Below, piece by piece: positions 8,658 to 17,331 of a stretch of 64,000 nucleotides of DNA (within the stretch, counting starts at the first letter, position 1; each line of letters starts with the position of its first letter). The notes under the pieces were generated by a model. The model was not told where the DNA came from, did no database searches, and saw only the letters and a list, made by a program, of their open reading frames with translations. Position numbers and translations under genes: made by a program. This stretch comes from Minisyncoccia bacterium (GTDB taxonomy: Bacteria; Patescibacteriota; Minisyncoccia; Phycocordibacterales; UBA918), in the NCBI GenBank assembly GCA_041742075.1, contig JBGSJJ010000013.1, positions 1,801 to 65,800 of the forward strand, read 5' to 3'.

Positions 8658-10838
8658 ATGGTTATGTCTCCAGGCGACTTATTAACCAAGCACTTCCGTA
8701 TCGACGCGGTACACCAAAAAGCGCTCAAAAAGCTCGGCGTTCATACTGTCTATGACCTACTCCTCCACCTCCCGGCTCGGTATGAAGACGTGAGCGATAT
8801 CCAGTCAGTGTCAGGTCTGCAGAAAGACCAAGAAGCAATTGTCTTTGGGCAACTGTCTGGACTCAAGACCAGGAAGGCCTGGAAAAGTCGCAAGCCAATA
8901 GCGGAAGGCTACGTCGAAGACGGCTCGGCTAAGATAAAAATCATGTGGTTTAACCAACCTTATCTCGCGAAGATGTACGCTGACGGCATGTACGTGAAGC
9001 TCGTGGGTAAAGTAACCGGAAGCGAAGGCAAGCTCTATATCGCGAACCCCGAAGTAGAGAAGCTCGATGCTCTCCCGGTAGACAGGCATGACTCTATTTT
9101 TAAAAATACTGCCAACTTAGACGACACTATCTATCCGGTCTACCGAGAAACCAAAGGGGTCACGAGTAAGTGGTTTTACCACACGGTACTGAAATGTTTT
9201 GAACGTGGCATTCTCGACAGCCTTCCTGACCCTTTACCAAAAGTGATGCTCGACCGCTACCACTTGCCAGAGTTAAAAACTGCACTGGTGTGGATTCACT
9301 CACCAAAGAAAGCTGAACATGCGCAAAGTGCTCGGAAGCGATTTGCGTTTGAGGAGATTTTTTACATCCAGACTCAGCGGGCCCAGGAACGTAGAGCGGT
9401 GAGTGCGGCGTCGACGTATACCGTCAGGACAACTTCTGACCATCTCTCTGCCTTCACGAGTCGCTTCCCGTTTGCACTCACGAGTGCGCAAGCTAAAGCC
9501 ATCGATGCCATCCTTGGTGACTTCGGTGGCGCTCATGCCATGTCACGTCTGCTTGAAGGTGACGTTGGTTCCGGTAAGACAGCGGTTGCCGCCAGTACTG
9601 CGTACGCGGTCGCCACTTCGAGGCCGCCGGAAGGACTCGGAAAAGCACTTGAGTTCGGAAATCTTCAGGTGGCGTACATGGCGCCAACTGAGATATTAGC
9701 GAAGCAACACTTCGAAAGCTTTATCGAATACTTTAAGCACTTACCAATCGCCATTGGTCTCATGACGGGGAGTGGCTGCCTCAAGTACCCGAGCAAGACC
9801 GACCCAACCAAACCAACGAAAATAAGTAAGGCACAATTGGTAAAGTGGGTAAAAAATGGTGAAATACCAATTCTAATTGGCACCCATGCGCTCATATATA
9901 AGAGTGTCGAATTCAAACACCTTGCCTACGTGATTATTGATGAGCAACACCGCTTCGGCACCAACCAACGAAAAGCTTTAGCTAAGAAGGACACTCGTCT
10001 GCCACATCTCCTTTCCATGACCGCGACACCAATTCCCCGCACACTCGCGCTTACCGTCTACGGAGACCTTGACCTCACCTTGCTTGACGAAATGCCGAAA
10101 GGGCGGAAACCAGTCATCACAAAAATCATTGGTCCCGGCCAAGAAGCACCCATGTATGAACACGTTCGGAGTGAACTGGAAGCTGGGCGACAAGCCTACG
10201 TCATCTGTCCACGGATTGACGAGCCAGACCCTGACAAAGAAACAGCCCTCAACACGAAAAGTGTCAAAGCTGAGGCGGAACGTCTCAAAAAAAGTGTCTT
10301 TCCAAAGTACCGTTTCGATATTTTGCATAGCAAAATGACACCAGCTGAAAAAGACAAAGTGATGGCTCGCTTCGCGAAGCATGAGACGGATATCCTCGTA
10401 GCGACGTCTGTCGTCGAAGTGGGGGTAAATGTACCAAACGCAACCAACATCATCATAGAAGGTGCTGAACGCTTTGGTCTCTCTCAACTCCATCAGTTAC
10501 GTGGTCGGGTAATTCGCAGCAACGACCAAGCCTATTGCTTTGCGGTCTCAAGTAGCAAAAGTGACAAAACCAAAGAACGACTTAAAGCACTCACCACTGC
10601 CAAAAATGGTTTTGAGCTGTCTGAGTACGACTTACAGTTCCGAGGCTCCGGTGAACTCTACGGTGCCAAGCAGTCCGGCCTCTCAGACTTAGGGATGGAA
10701 GCACTTAAGAACCTGAAGCTAGTCGAGGCCGCCCGCACCGAAGCACAAGCACTCATCGATACAGATGAACACCTCACGAATCACCCCGCCATCGCCGCCC
10801 GAGTTGCCAAGCTCGGTACTGCACTCCATATGGAGTAG
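8658..10838 (+). CDS. recG: ATP-dependent DNA helicase RecG
   Basis: GDVGSGKT, APTEILAKQH, DEQHRFG, TATPIPRT, AERFGLSQLHQLRGRV; start uncertain (8658 or 8664). Confidence 0.97.
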   Translation: MVMSPGDLLTKHFRIDAVHQKALKKLGVHTVYDLLLHLPARYEDVSDIQSVSGLQKDQEAIVFGQLSGLKTRKAWKSRKPIAEGYVEDGSAKIKIMWFNQPYLAKMYADGMYVKLVGKVTGSEGKLYIANPEVEKLDALPVDRHDSIFKNTANLDDTIYPVYRETKGVTSKWFYHTVLKCFERGILDSLPDPLPKVMLDRYHLPELKTALVWIHSPKKAEHAQSARKRFAFEEIFYIQTQRAQERRAVSAASTYTVRTTSDHLSAFTSRFPFALTSAQAKAIDAILGDFGGAHAMSRLLEGDVGSGKTAVAASTAYAVATSRPPEGLGKALEFGNLQVAYMAPTEILAKQHFESFIEYFKHLPIAIGLMTGSGCLKYPSKTDPTKPTKISKAQLVKWVKNGEIPILIGTHALIYKSVEFKHLAYVIIDEQHRFGTNQRKALAKKDTRLPHLLSMTATPIPRTLALTVYGDLDLTLLDEMPKGRKPVITKIIGPGQEAPMYEHVRSELEAGRQAYVICPRIDEPDPDKETALNTKSVKAEAERLKKSVFPKYRFDILHSKMTPAEKDKVMARFAKHETDILVATSVVEVGVNVPNATNIIIEGAERFGLSQLHQLRGRVIRSNDQAYCFAVSSSKSDKTKERLKALTTAKNGFELSEYDLQFRGSGELYGAKQSGLSDLGMEALKNLKLVEAARTEAQALIDTDEHLTNHPAIAARVAKLGTALHME

Positions 10839-10908
10839 TTGGTTGACTTTTTACACATACACAGCATGATGGTGCAGAGAGAAGTCCTTACAAGCGAAAG
10901 GATTAGCC

Positions 10909-11325
10909 ATGACTCAGTCAGATGGATTTGCGTTCCCTGAAATAGCTGGAGACTTACCGACTGGCTACCGTATTGAGATCGAGGAGATGCACGCGGTCAG
11001 CACCGTACCCGATCTCAGGAAGAACGAGATATCTTCATCAGCACTGAAAATTACGGTGTATGAATCTAACTTTCCTTGTTTCCATGTATACGTGGTGAGA
11101 TTTACCAAGTCTAACCATCCTGATGTTCAGAATGTATCGAATCATTGCATGTTTCTCGAGCATTTTGAGACATTGCAGGCACTCAGAATCTCGTGTACTG
11201 ATTCTGTGTATGGATACGGCGTATTTCTGATGCTGGACGTAGTGAGAGTTGAACGAGGAGTGTCAATAACTACCACCTATCAACAAACAGTCACGCTGTT
11301 GACCAAAAATCAACTCACTCACTAA
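10909..11325 (+). CDS. Hypothetical protein
   Basis: 138-aa ORF with AAGGA SD and downstream terminator hairpin. Confidence 0.6.
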   Translation: MTQSDGFAFPEIAGDLPTGYRIEIEEMHAVSTVPDLRKNEISSSALKITVYESNFPCFHVYVVRFTKSNHPDVQNVSNHCMFLEHFETLQALRISCTDSVYGYGVFLMLDVVRVERGVSITTTYQQTVTLLTKNQLTH

Positions 11326-11409
11326 GTGGCGACGGACCTACGGTCCGTCGCTTTTTATATATAAAAAAGTAACGGCTGACAAACAGCCGTTACAAACACT
11401 GACCTAAAA

Positions 11410-11649
11410 CTAACTATATAAGTTCCACTTAATAGCGTACCCCAAAAGAGAAAGTTGAATTAAAGCGTCACTGACATACTGAAATACTGCAATGACTTCT
11501 TCAGAATCAGAATAGGCTATATACCTACAGGGGTAACAAGAGAGATGGAGTATCTCATCCGTGGTCAGTCTGCGGACATGGACCACGATAGGTGCTGGAC
11601 CCATGAGTACATCGTACGCACAGGTGGACAGAAGCTTACGACGTGCCAT
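11410..11649 (-). CDS. Small hypothetical protein
   Basis: AAGGAGG SD upstream of ATG at 11649. Confidence 0.5.
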   Translation of the reverse strand: MARRKLLSTCAYDVLMGPAPIVVHVRRLTTDEILHLSCYPCRYIAYSDSEEVIAVFQYVSDALIQLSLLGYAIKWNLYS

Positions 11650-11742
11650 CAACTTCCCCTCCTTGGTTTGAACTTTCCTACTCCAATTAGATACCCAATC
11701 GAAGCTTTATACAATACGCCTAGTGCGCGGACGAGATACAGG

Positions 11743-11768
11743 AAAACCGCTGCCATGAGGCAGCGGTT
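11743..11768 (-). terminator. Rho-independent terminator closing the 16S-complementary transcript
   Basis: AACCGCTGCC-TCAT-GGCAGCGGTT-TT. Confidence 0.7.
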
Positions 11769-11836
11769 CAGGTGTCTATGGAGCTTGGTAGCACCACAGG
11801 TCAGGGTCTTCTGTGCGGGGTTGGTACCGCGCCCTT

Positions 11837-11858
11837 GTGGCTTGGATCACCTCCTTTC
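11837..11858 (-). promoter_or_regulatory. Extended complement of the 16S rRNA 3' end (orphan super-SD)
   Basis: Minus strand GAAAGGAGGTGATCCAAGCCAC; plus strand GTGGCTTGGATCACCTCCTTTC resembles the conserved 16S terminus GCGGCTGGATCACCTCCTTTC. Confidence 0.7.
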
Positions 11859-11910
11859 AGCTGGAGTGCAGGCTCGCCGCCATGAAGGCTTGAATCATAA
11901 AGTTGGTCAT
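11857..11910 (-). CDS. 17-aa micro-ORF MTNFMIQAFMAASLHSS
   Basis: GGGGA SD-like sequence upstream; TGA stop overlaps the start of the 16S-complementary tract. Confidence 0.4.
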   Translation of the reverse strand: MTNFMIQAFMAASLHSS

Positions 11911-12059
11911 GACTGTCCCCGTCTGAAAGAATGGTCTAAAACTACCATCCATACGTATTAGACACCCGATTTCAAAATTTTACAACAGAGACGCCTGAAC
12001 AGGCGCCTCAAGTCTCTATACTTAAATACTAAGCATACACTGCTTGAAAAAGGTCTTTG

Positions 12060-12133
12060 TCCGCCCTCTTGGACTCGAACCAAGGACCACAGAGGTATAA
12101 GCTCTGTGCTCTAACCAACTGAGCTAAGGGCGG
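12060..12133 (-). tRNA. tRNA-Ile (anticodon UAU)
   Basis: Cloverleaf CCGCCCT/AGGGCGG acceptor, GCTC D stem, CAGAG-CTTATAC-CTCTG anticodon arm, CTTGG-TTCGAGT-CCAAG T arm, discriminator A, CCA not encoded. Confidence 0.93.
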
Positions 12134-12265
12134 ACAAAAAAATCTTTCAATTGGCTATTACTCTACCGTATCTGGTATGTATCGGCAAACCGGCAATATT
12201 TTACGCTTAGTTGCATTTTAAGCTAAAAGTTTTATACTCGCCCAGAGAAAAAGCGGAGTACAGTC

Positions 12266-12592
12266 ATGTGGTCAGACGTTCTAACTGATAATGAGATTAC
12301 GCGTGGTAAAAAAATATTTACTGCTACCCTTCAAATAGCTCAAATCCCTAAGGAACAATTTCTCGCCCCAGGGTGTAATGATTCAACGTATACAATTTTA
12401 CGTCGAGTATGCCTGTGGCTTATCATAAAAGCCTGTCCAAACTACCAACATGGTTCTTACCTAGTTCGACATGTGCTCGGCACAAGCATAGCCACACTTG
12501 GCCAACGATACGCTATCGCAGACGCCCAAATTGATATCCACAAGAATCCTAAATACATAGAGTTGATTGAACAGATAGAGGCTCGACTATAA
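12266..12592 (+). CDS. Hypothetical protein resembling a stand-alone DnaA C-terminal (domain IV) HTH
   Basis: LRRVCLWLI...VLGTSIATL...NPKYIELIEQIEARL pattern; size about 108 aa. Confidence 0.4.
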   Translation: MWSDVLTDNEITRGKKIFTATLQIAQIPKEQFLAPGCNDSTYTILRRVCLWLIIKACPNYQHGSYLVRHVLGTSIATLGQRYAIADAQIDIHKNPKYIELIEQIEARL

Positions 12593-12696
12593 GTGTTAGA
12601 GTCATAGAAATAGCGTAGCGGAAAAGTCCTTCCGCTACGCTATTTATTCATGTCCAAGAGGCCTCAATAGTTAAAACAGTTGCTATACTAAAGGCA

Positions 12697-14205
12697 ATGT
12701 ATCGTTTCTTTAAGAGTCATGTTCTTGCAAGCATAATTGCTGGCCTCCTTATTGTGGGCGCTGGATACTTGATTATGCGCGCGGTGACCTACGACCCACT
12801 CGCTTCACTCATAACTGAAACTATCAAACGTGGAACAGTTGAAAACATTGTTTCTGTCTCAGGAATTATGGAAGCTGAAAATACCGCAGAGCTAGCGTTT
12901 CCTTCTTCTGGGGTAGTTTCGCAAGTCTATGTCAAAGAGGGCGACATGGTCTTAAAGGACGACGTACTGGCAACACTCGGAGCTGATAGTCTTGTCGCCG
13001 AGCGGGCTAGTGCTTTAGCTGAATTACGCCTCGCTGAAGCCGACCGGGACGAGCTTATCTCAGGCGTTCGCACTGAAGCTCAGGCTGTCACCGCTACTGC
13101 GGTAGCAATTGCTGAGGAAAATTTAAAGCGTATCACAACAGCGGAATCACTGGCTGTAGCGAGCGCTAAACGCTCCCTACTTTCAGACGAACTAACCGCC
13201 AGGAGTACTAAGAGCACCGAGGACGCGACTCCACCAATCATTTCAGGTACTTATCGGTGCGAAGAAACCGGTGTGTACACGCTCGAGGTTTTTAGCTCAA
13301 ACGCTGACTCTGGTTATTCATTTCGCTTAAGCGGGCTTGAGACTGGCACCTTTGATGCTTCAGCAAACCAACCCGCTTCATTTGGTACATGTGGTCTCTA
13401 TGCACTTTTTGACCCTAGCTCAAAGTACAGTAACTCAACATGGGTAATAGAAATTCCGAATAAGAGTGCTCCCGGTTACATCACAAACTTAAACACCCTT
13501 AAGACAGCTGAAACTACAGCTAAAAATGCTATTAGTACCGCTAAGCAAAATGTCACCTTAGAGCAAAGTAAGCAATCACTTGAAAACGCCTCCCCTCGAA
13601 CCGAAGCCAGAGTGCGTGCTGAAGCTAAAATAGCTCAAGCGTCAGCTCGGATTGCGCAGATAGATGCTCAAATACGTGACCGTTCGATTATTGCACCCTT
13701 TTCTGGGGTCGTGACTGAAGTAGCGATACTGCCGGGCGAGACCGCACAAGCAGTACCGGTGTTTACTCTTCTCGCTACTGACACCTTTGAACTCATTGCA
13801 CGAATCCCTGAGATAGACGTTACTAAAATTGCTGTCGGGCAACTGGCACGAGTTATTTTTGATGCCCAGACAGACACGATCCTCACCGGGAGTGTTTCAT
13901 ATATTTCACCACTGCCGATACAGATTGATGGAGTTGGTTATTTTGAAGTGAAAATTATTCTCGACGAACCACCAGTCTGGCTAAGAGGTGGTCTGAATGC
14001 CGACGTCGATATTATTATTGAGGAACAGCGCGATGTGCTTAGGGCTCCCAAGCGGTTTGTGACCACTATTGAAGGCGTGAGTACTGTCTTGACACTCGAG
14101 GGTAACACCGTCGCTACAACTACCGTAGAAACTTTGTTTGAAGGCAATGATGGCTTTGTGGTTCTCTCAGGAATTGCTGAAGGAACTACCATCGTTGCTC
14201 CTTAG
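12697..14205 (+). CDS. Efflux membrane-fusion (MacA/HlyD-like) adaptor
   Basis: N-terminal TM, lipoyl half-motifs (GVVSQVYVKEGD; IIAPFSGVV), coiled coil. Confidence 0.9.
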   Translation: MYRFFKSHVLASIIAGLLIVGAGYLIMRAVTYDPLASLITETIKRGTVENIVSVSGIMEAENTAELAFPSSGVVSQVYVKEGDMVLKDDVLATLGADSLVAERASALAELRLAEADRDELISGVRTEAQAVTATAVAIAEENLKRITTAESLAVASAKRSLLSDELTARSTKSTEDATPPIISGTYRCEETGVYTLEVFSSNADSGYSFRLSGLETGTFDASANQPASFGTCGLYALFDPSSKYSNSTWVIEIPNKSAPGYITNLNTLKTAETTAKNAISTAKQNVTLEQSKQSLENASPRTEARVRAEAKIAQASARIAQIDAQIRDRSIIAPFSGVVTEVAILPGETAQAVPVFTLLATDTFELIARIPEIDVTKIAVGQLARVIFDAQTDTILTGSVSYISPLPIQIDGVGYFEVKIILDEPPVWLRGGLNADVDIIIEEQRDVLRAPKRFVTTIEGVSTVLTLEGNTVATTTVETLFEGNDGFVVLSGIAEGTTIVAP

Positions 14206-14212
14206 TACCACT

Positions 14213-15460
14213 ATGCGTATCTTTCGTATTGGACTCCTCCTCGGCATACGCCAAATCCAGCGAGCGAGCATTTGGACAAATGTACTCATAGTGTTTGTCA
14301 TGGCCCTCACCTTTCTCAACCTAATTGCCGTGTCGGGTATATTGGTCGGACTGATAGTTGGTGCTGAGAGAGCAGTACGTGAAGACTCGCTGGGAGACAT
14401 TATTATTTCTGCCAAGGACGGTGAGGACTACATCTTAGAGACCGAACGATTTGTACGAGAGATTGGCGCCTTCCCGGAAGTAACCGCTTTTTCTGTCCGC
14501 TACGAAGGAGCTGGTCAGCTGGAAGCCAACTACAAAGAACGTCGTGACCTTAAGGGTGAGAGGGACATAGCGTCCGTCAAAGTAACCGGGATTGACCCTA
14601 AGCGAGAAGACCAGATGACGAACCTGTCTGACGTCGTGATAAGCGGAGAATACCTCGACCCAAACGAAGAGGGTTATATTTTACTTGGTGCTTTTTACAT
14701 CAAAGAATACGCCGCTCAGTTTAGTGACATTTTTGAAACCGTAGAAAGCGTCGAGCCTGGTGATACAGTACGACTGACTGTGGGAGATATCTCTAAAGAA
14801 TTTATTATTAAAGGTATTATTCAGTCAAAGGTAGACGAGGTTACCTTGAACACCTACATCCCGGAACGAGAATTCCGTCGAGTATTTAACCGGGTAGACC
14901 GGAACGCCGACCAAATCGTGATTCGACTGGTTGACCCAAAGCAGAACGCCGAGATAAAAGAAGCCATTGTCGCGAGTGGCCTAGCTGACTTAGCCAAGAT
15001 ACAGACCTATGAAGAAGGGGTACCAAAGTTTTTAACTGACATTAAAAATACCTTCAACGTACTTGGTACATTCATTGGTTCTATCGGGATTGTTGTCGCT
15101 TCAATTACCATCTTCATTATTATTTTTATAAATGCTCTCGCCAGGCGACGCTACATCGGTATCCTTAAAGGTATCGGTATTGATAGACGCGCCATTGAAA
15201 TTGCCTACGTCATTCAGGCCGGTATCTACGCTCTAACTGGTTCTCTTATCGGTGTCTTTATCACCTACGGCCTACTGATTCCGTACTTTGATCAGAACCC
15301 TATCAACTTCCCATTTAGTGACGGCATACTGGTTGCGGAACCATACGGTACCTTCGTTCGTTTTATCGTACTGTTTGTAATAACCTTAATTGCTGGCTAT
15401 ATCCCGGCTTGGTTAATTGCCCGCGGTAACACCCTTAATGCTATCCTGGGTAGAAAGTAA
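14213..15460 (+). CDS. ABC transporter permease (MacB/FtsX family)
   Basis: TM1, large extracytoplasmic loop, RRRYIGILKGIG, three further TMs; start MRIFRIG. Confidence 0.9.
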   Translation: MRIFRIGLLLGIRQIQRASIWTNVLIVFVMALTFLNLIAVSGILVGLIVGAERAVREDSLGDIIISAKDGEDYILETERFVREIGAFPEVTAFSVRYEGAGQLEANYKERRDLKGERDIASVKVTGIDPKREDQMTNLSDVVISGEYLDPNEEGYILLGAFYIKEYAAQFSDIFETVESVEPGDTVRLTVGDISKEFIIKGIIQSKVDEVTLNTYIPEREFRRVFNRVDRNADQIVIRLVDPKQNAEIKEAIVASGLADLAKIQTYEEGVPKFLTDIKNTFNVLGTFIGSIGIVVASITIFIIIFINALARRRYIGILKGIGIDRRAIEIAYVIQAGIYALTGSLIGVFITYGLLIPYFDQNPINFPFSDGILVAEPYGTFVRFIVLFVITLIAGYIPAWLIARGNTLNAILGRK

Positions 15461-15464
15461 AAGT

Positions 15465-16154
15465 ATGACAGAAATTATTACCGCAAAAAACATTCACAAG
15501 TCATTCGGTACGGGTAATTTGCTGACGCATGTCCTTAGAGGAATTGACATCACAATTTTTGAAGGTGAGTTTGTGAGTATTATGGGTAAGTCGGGCGCTG
15601 GTAAGTCGACACTTATGTATCAACTCTCCATGCTCGACGAACCAACTGAAGGTACTATTTTTATTTCGGGCATTCCAGTCCATACCCAAAATGAATCAGA
15701 ACGAACTCACTTCCGACTCAACATGCTCGGCTATGTGTTTCAAGACTATGCGCTCGTACCAGACTTAAGTGCCGAAGAAAACGTTATGATTCCTCTTCTC
15801 ATGAAAGGTGGAAATTGGAACGAAGCTAAAGAAACTGCGCAAGCCTCGATTGATTCGGTGGGTCTCGTCGGTAAATACAAAAATCTGCCGAGCGAGCTCT
15901 CTGGTGGTGAACAACAACGCATAGCGGTAGCCAGAGCAATTGCCGGCAAGCCAAAAATACTCTTTGCGGACGAACCAACTGCCAACCTCGACAGTACCTC
16001 AAGTGAGCAAGTAATTGCGCTTATTACTGCCTTGAATCGTGAACGTGGGCAAACGGTAGTTATGGTCACCCACGAACGGGAGTACGCTCTTGGCTCTGAC
16101 CGAATTATTCACATGGAAGACGGTTTGGTGGTACGTGAAGAAAAGCTACGTTAG
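15465..16154 (+). CDS. ABC transporter ATP-binding protein (LolD/MacB-like)
   Basis: GKSGAGKST, LSGGEQQR, ADEPT, VTHE. Confidence 0.95.
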   Translation: MTEIITAKNIHKSFGTGNLLTHVLRGIDITIFEGEFVSIMGKSGAGKSTLMYQLSMLDEPTEGTIFISGIPVHTQNESERTHFRLNMLGYVFQDYALVPDLSAEENVMIPLLMKGGNWNEAKETAQASIDSVGLVGKYKNLPSELSGGEQQRIAVARAIAGKPKILFADEPTANLDSTSSEQVIALITALNRERGQTVVMVTHEREYALGSDRIIHMEDGLVVREEKLR

Positions 16155-16164
16155 GTATCTAACT

Positions 16165-16197
16165 AAAAAGCGCCGACCCTAAAGGGTCGGCGCTTTT
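16165..16197. terminator. Bidirectional terminator
   Basis: AAAAGCGCCGACCCT/AGGGTCGGCGCTTTT. Confidence 0.85.
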
Positions 16198-16212
16198 CGA
16201 GCATGCGCACTA

Positions 16213-17193
16213 CTAGCGAATTGCTGCGACAGCTGCTTGGAGAGCAGTAGCTTCAGCCAAAACTTGGTCGAGAGCTGCTTTGATGTCTGTTATTGAGGCA
16301 CCCTGTACAGCTCCAGATTTAATTGGCACTGGGAGTGGGGCAATTTTCTTGAGAAGTTCTGCTACATTACCGGTGTAGCCAGCCTTAACAAAGAATTCAT
16401 TGTGAGTACTAGCTGGAATCATAGCTGGTACTTTTACTTCGACAACGTTACCACTTACAAGAGTAATGGTATAAAGCGTGTACTCGTCATCAGCGAGCAG
16501 TTGACTTGGGTCAACCCATTTAGAAGTGATTGACTTTACGTCTACTAAAGCGAACGTGATAGTTGTTGGTGTACTTACAGCCATTTTCTTAAGAGCCGCA
16601 ATGTCACCGGTGTATCCAGCGTCACGAAACGCTTTCTCGTTGGCTGAAGCAAGCGCAAAGCCATAGTTTTTTACTTCGACAACCTTGCCACTTACAAGGG
16701 TAATGGTATAAAGCGTGTACTCGTCATCAGCGAGCAGTTGACTTGGGTCAACCACTTTCGAGGTAACTGACTTAACGTCTGTCAGAGTGAAAGCTGTAAC
16801 AACTGGCGTATCTGTTCGATCTTTTGGAAGCGTAAAAGTCTTAATGTAGGTCTTACCAAGACTTGGGTAGGTTACACGAACTGTATAGTTCCCGGCTTTG
16901 GCATACTCATGACTCACTCGCTTTGTTACATTGGTTTGTGTACAGGTATTTGGTGAAGCGTAATTAGTCACTTTTCCGTCACCCCAGCGAATAGTGTAGT
17001 TTGGGCAATTGTCATTTTGAAATGACACTCTGACATTCAAGTCAGACGCATAAAATGTTGGGGGCTGTGGTGTGAACGCCGGTGGTAGTGTCAGCGCAAA
17101 AGCATTTTGAGCAATACTGAATACTGCAACAAAAGTCAGTACAAAAAATAGTGCAATTGGGAGGAGACGCGATGATTCAAGTTGTGTTCTCAT
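16213..17193 (-). CDS. Secreted protein with PKD-like domain and two 79-aa repeats
   Basis: Signal peptide; IRWGDG...HEYAKAGNYTV; duplicated VDPSQLLADDEYTLYTITLVSG. Confidence 0.75.
   Translation of the reverse strand: MRTQLESSRLLPIALFFVLTFVAVFSIAQNAFALTLPPAFTPQPPTFYASDLNVRVSFQNDNCPNYTIRWGDGKVTNYASPNTCTQTNVTKRVSHEYAKAGNYTVRVTYPSLGKTYIKTFTLPKDRTDTPVVTAFTLTDVKSVTSKVVDPSQLLADDEYTLYTITLVSGKVVEVKNYGFALASANEKAFRDAGYTGDIAALKKMAVSTPTTITFALVDVKSITSKWVDPSQLLADDEYTLYTITLVSGNVVEVKVPAMIPASTHNEFFVKAGYTGNVAELLKKIAPLPVPIKSGAVQGASITDIKAALDQVLAEATALQAAVAAIR
16463..16753. repeat. Intragenic direct repeat with a 54-bp identical core (16463-16516 and 16700-16753)
   Basis: GTAATGGTATAAAGCGTGTACTCGTCATCAGCGAGCAGTTGACTTGGGTCAACC twice, 237-bp period. 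Confidence 0.9.
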
Positions 17194-17331
17194 TATAATT
17201 TATAATTAGATTATACTTCGTATTAATGCCGTTGTAGAGACAAACAACGAAAAGGTCTTGCCGTCGGCAAGACCTCCTTCGTATACTTTCGCTTGTTTTT
17301 ATGAGCATTACAACCTGAGACTGTGTATAAC

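Noticed and set aside
11820-11870. 16S rRNA gene fragment
   Set aside because: Similarity is limited to about 22 nt; upstream lacks the helix 44/45 sequence such as GTCGTAACAAGG
11545-11961. 138-aa plus-strand ORF
   Set aside because: No motif; overlaps minus-strand features that have an SD and terminator
16463-16753. DGR template/variable repeat or CRISPR array
   Set aside because: Only two in-frame copies inside one CDS, mismatches not adenine-specific, and no reverse transcriptase or cas gene in the window
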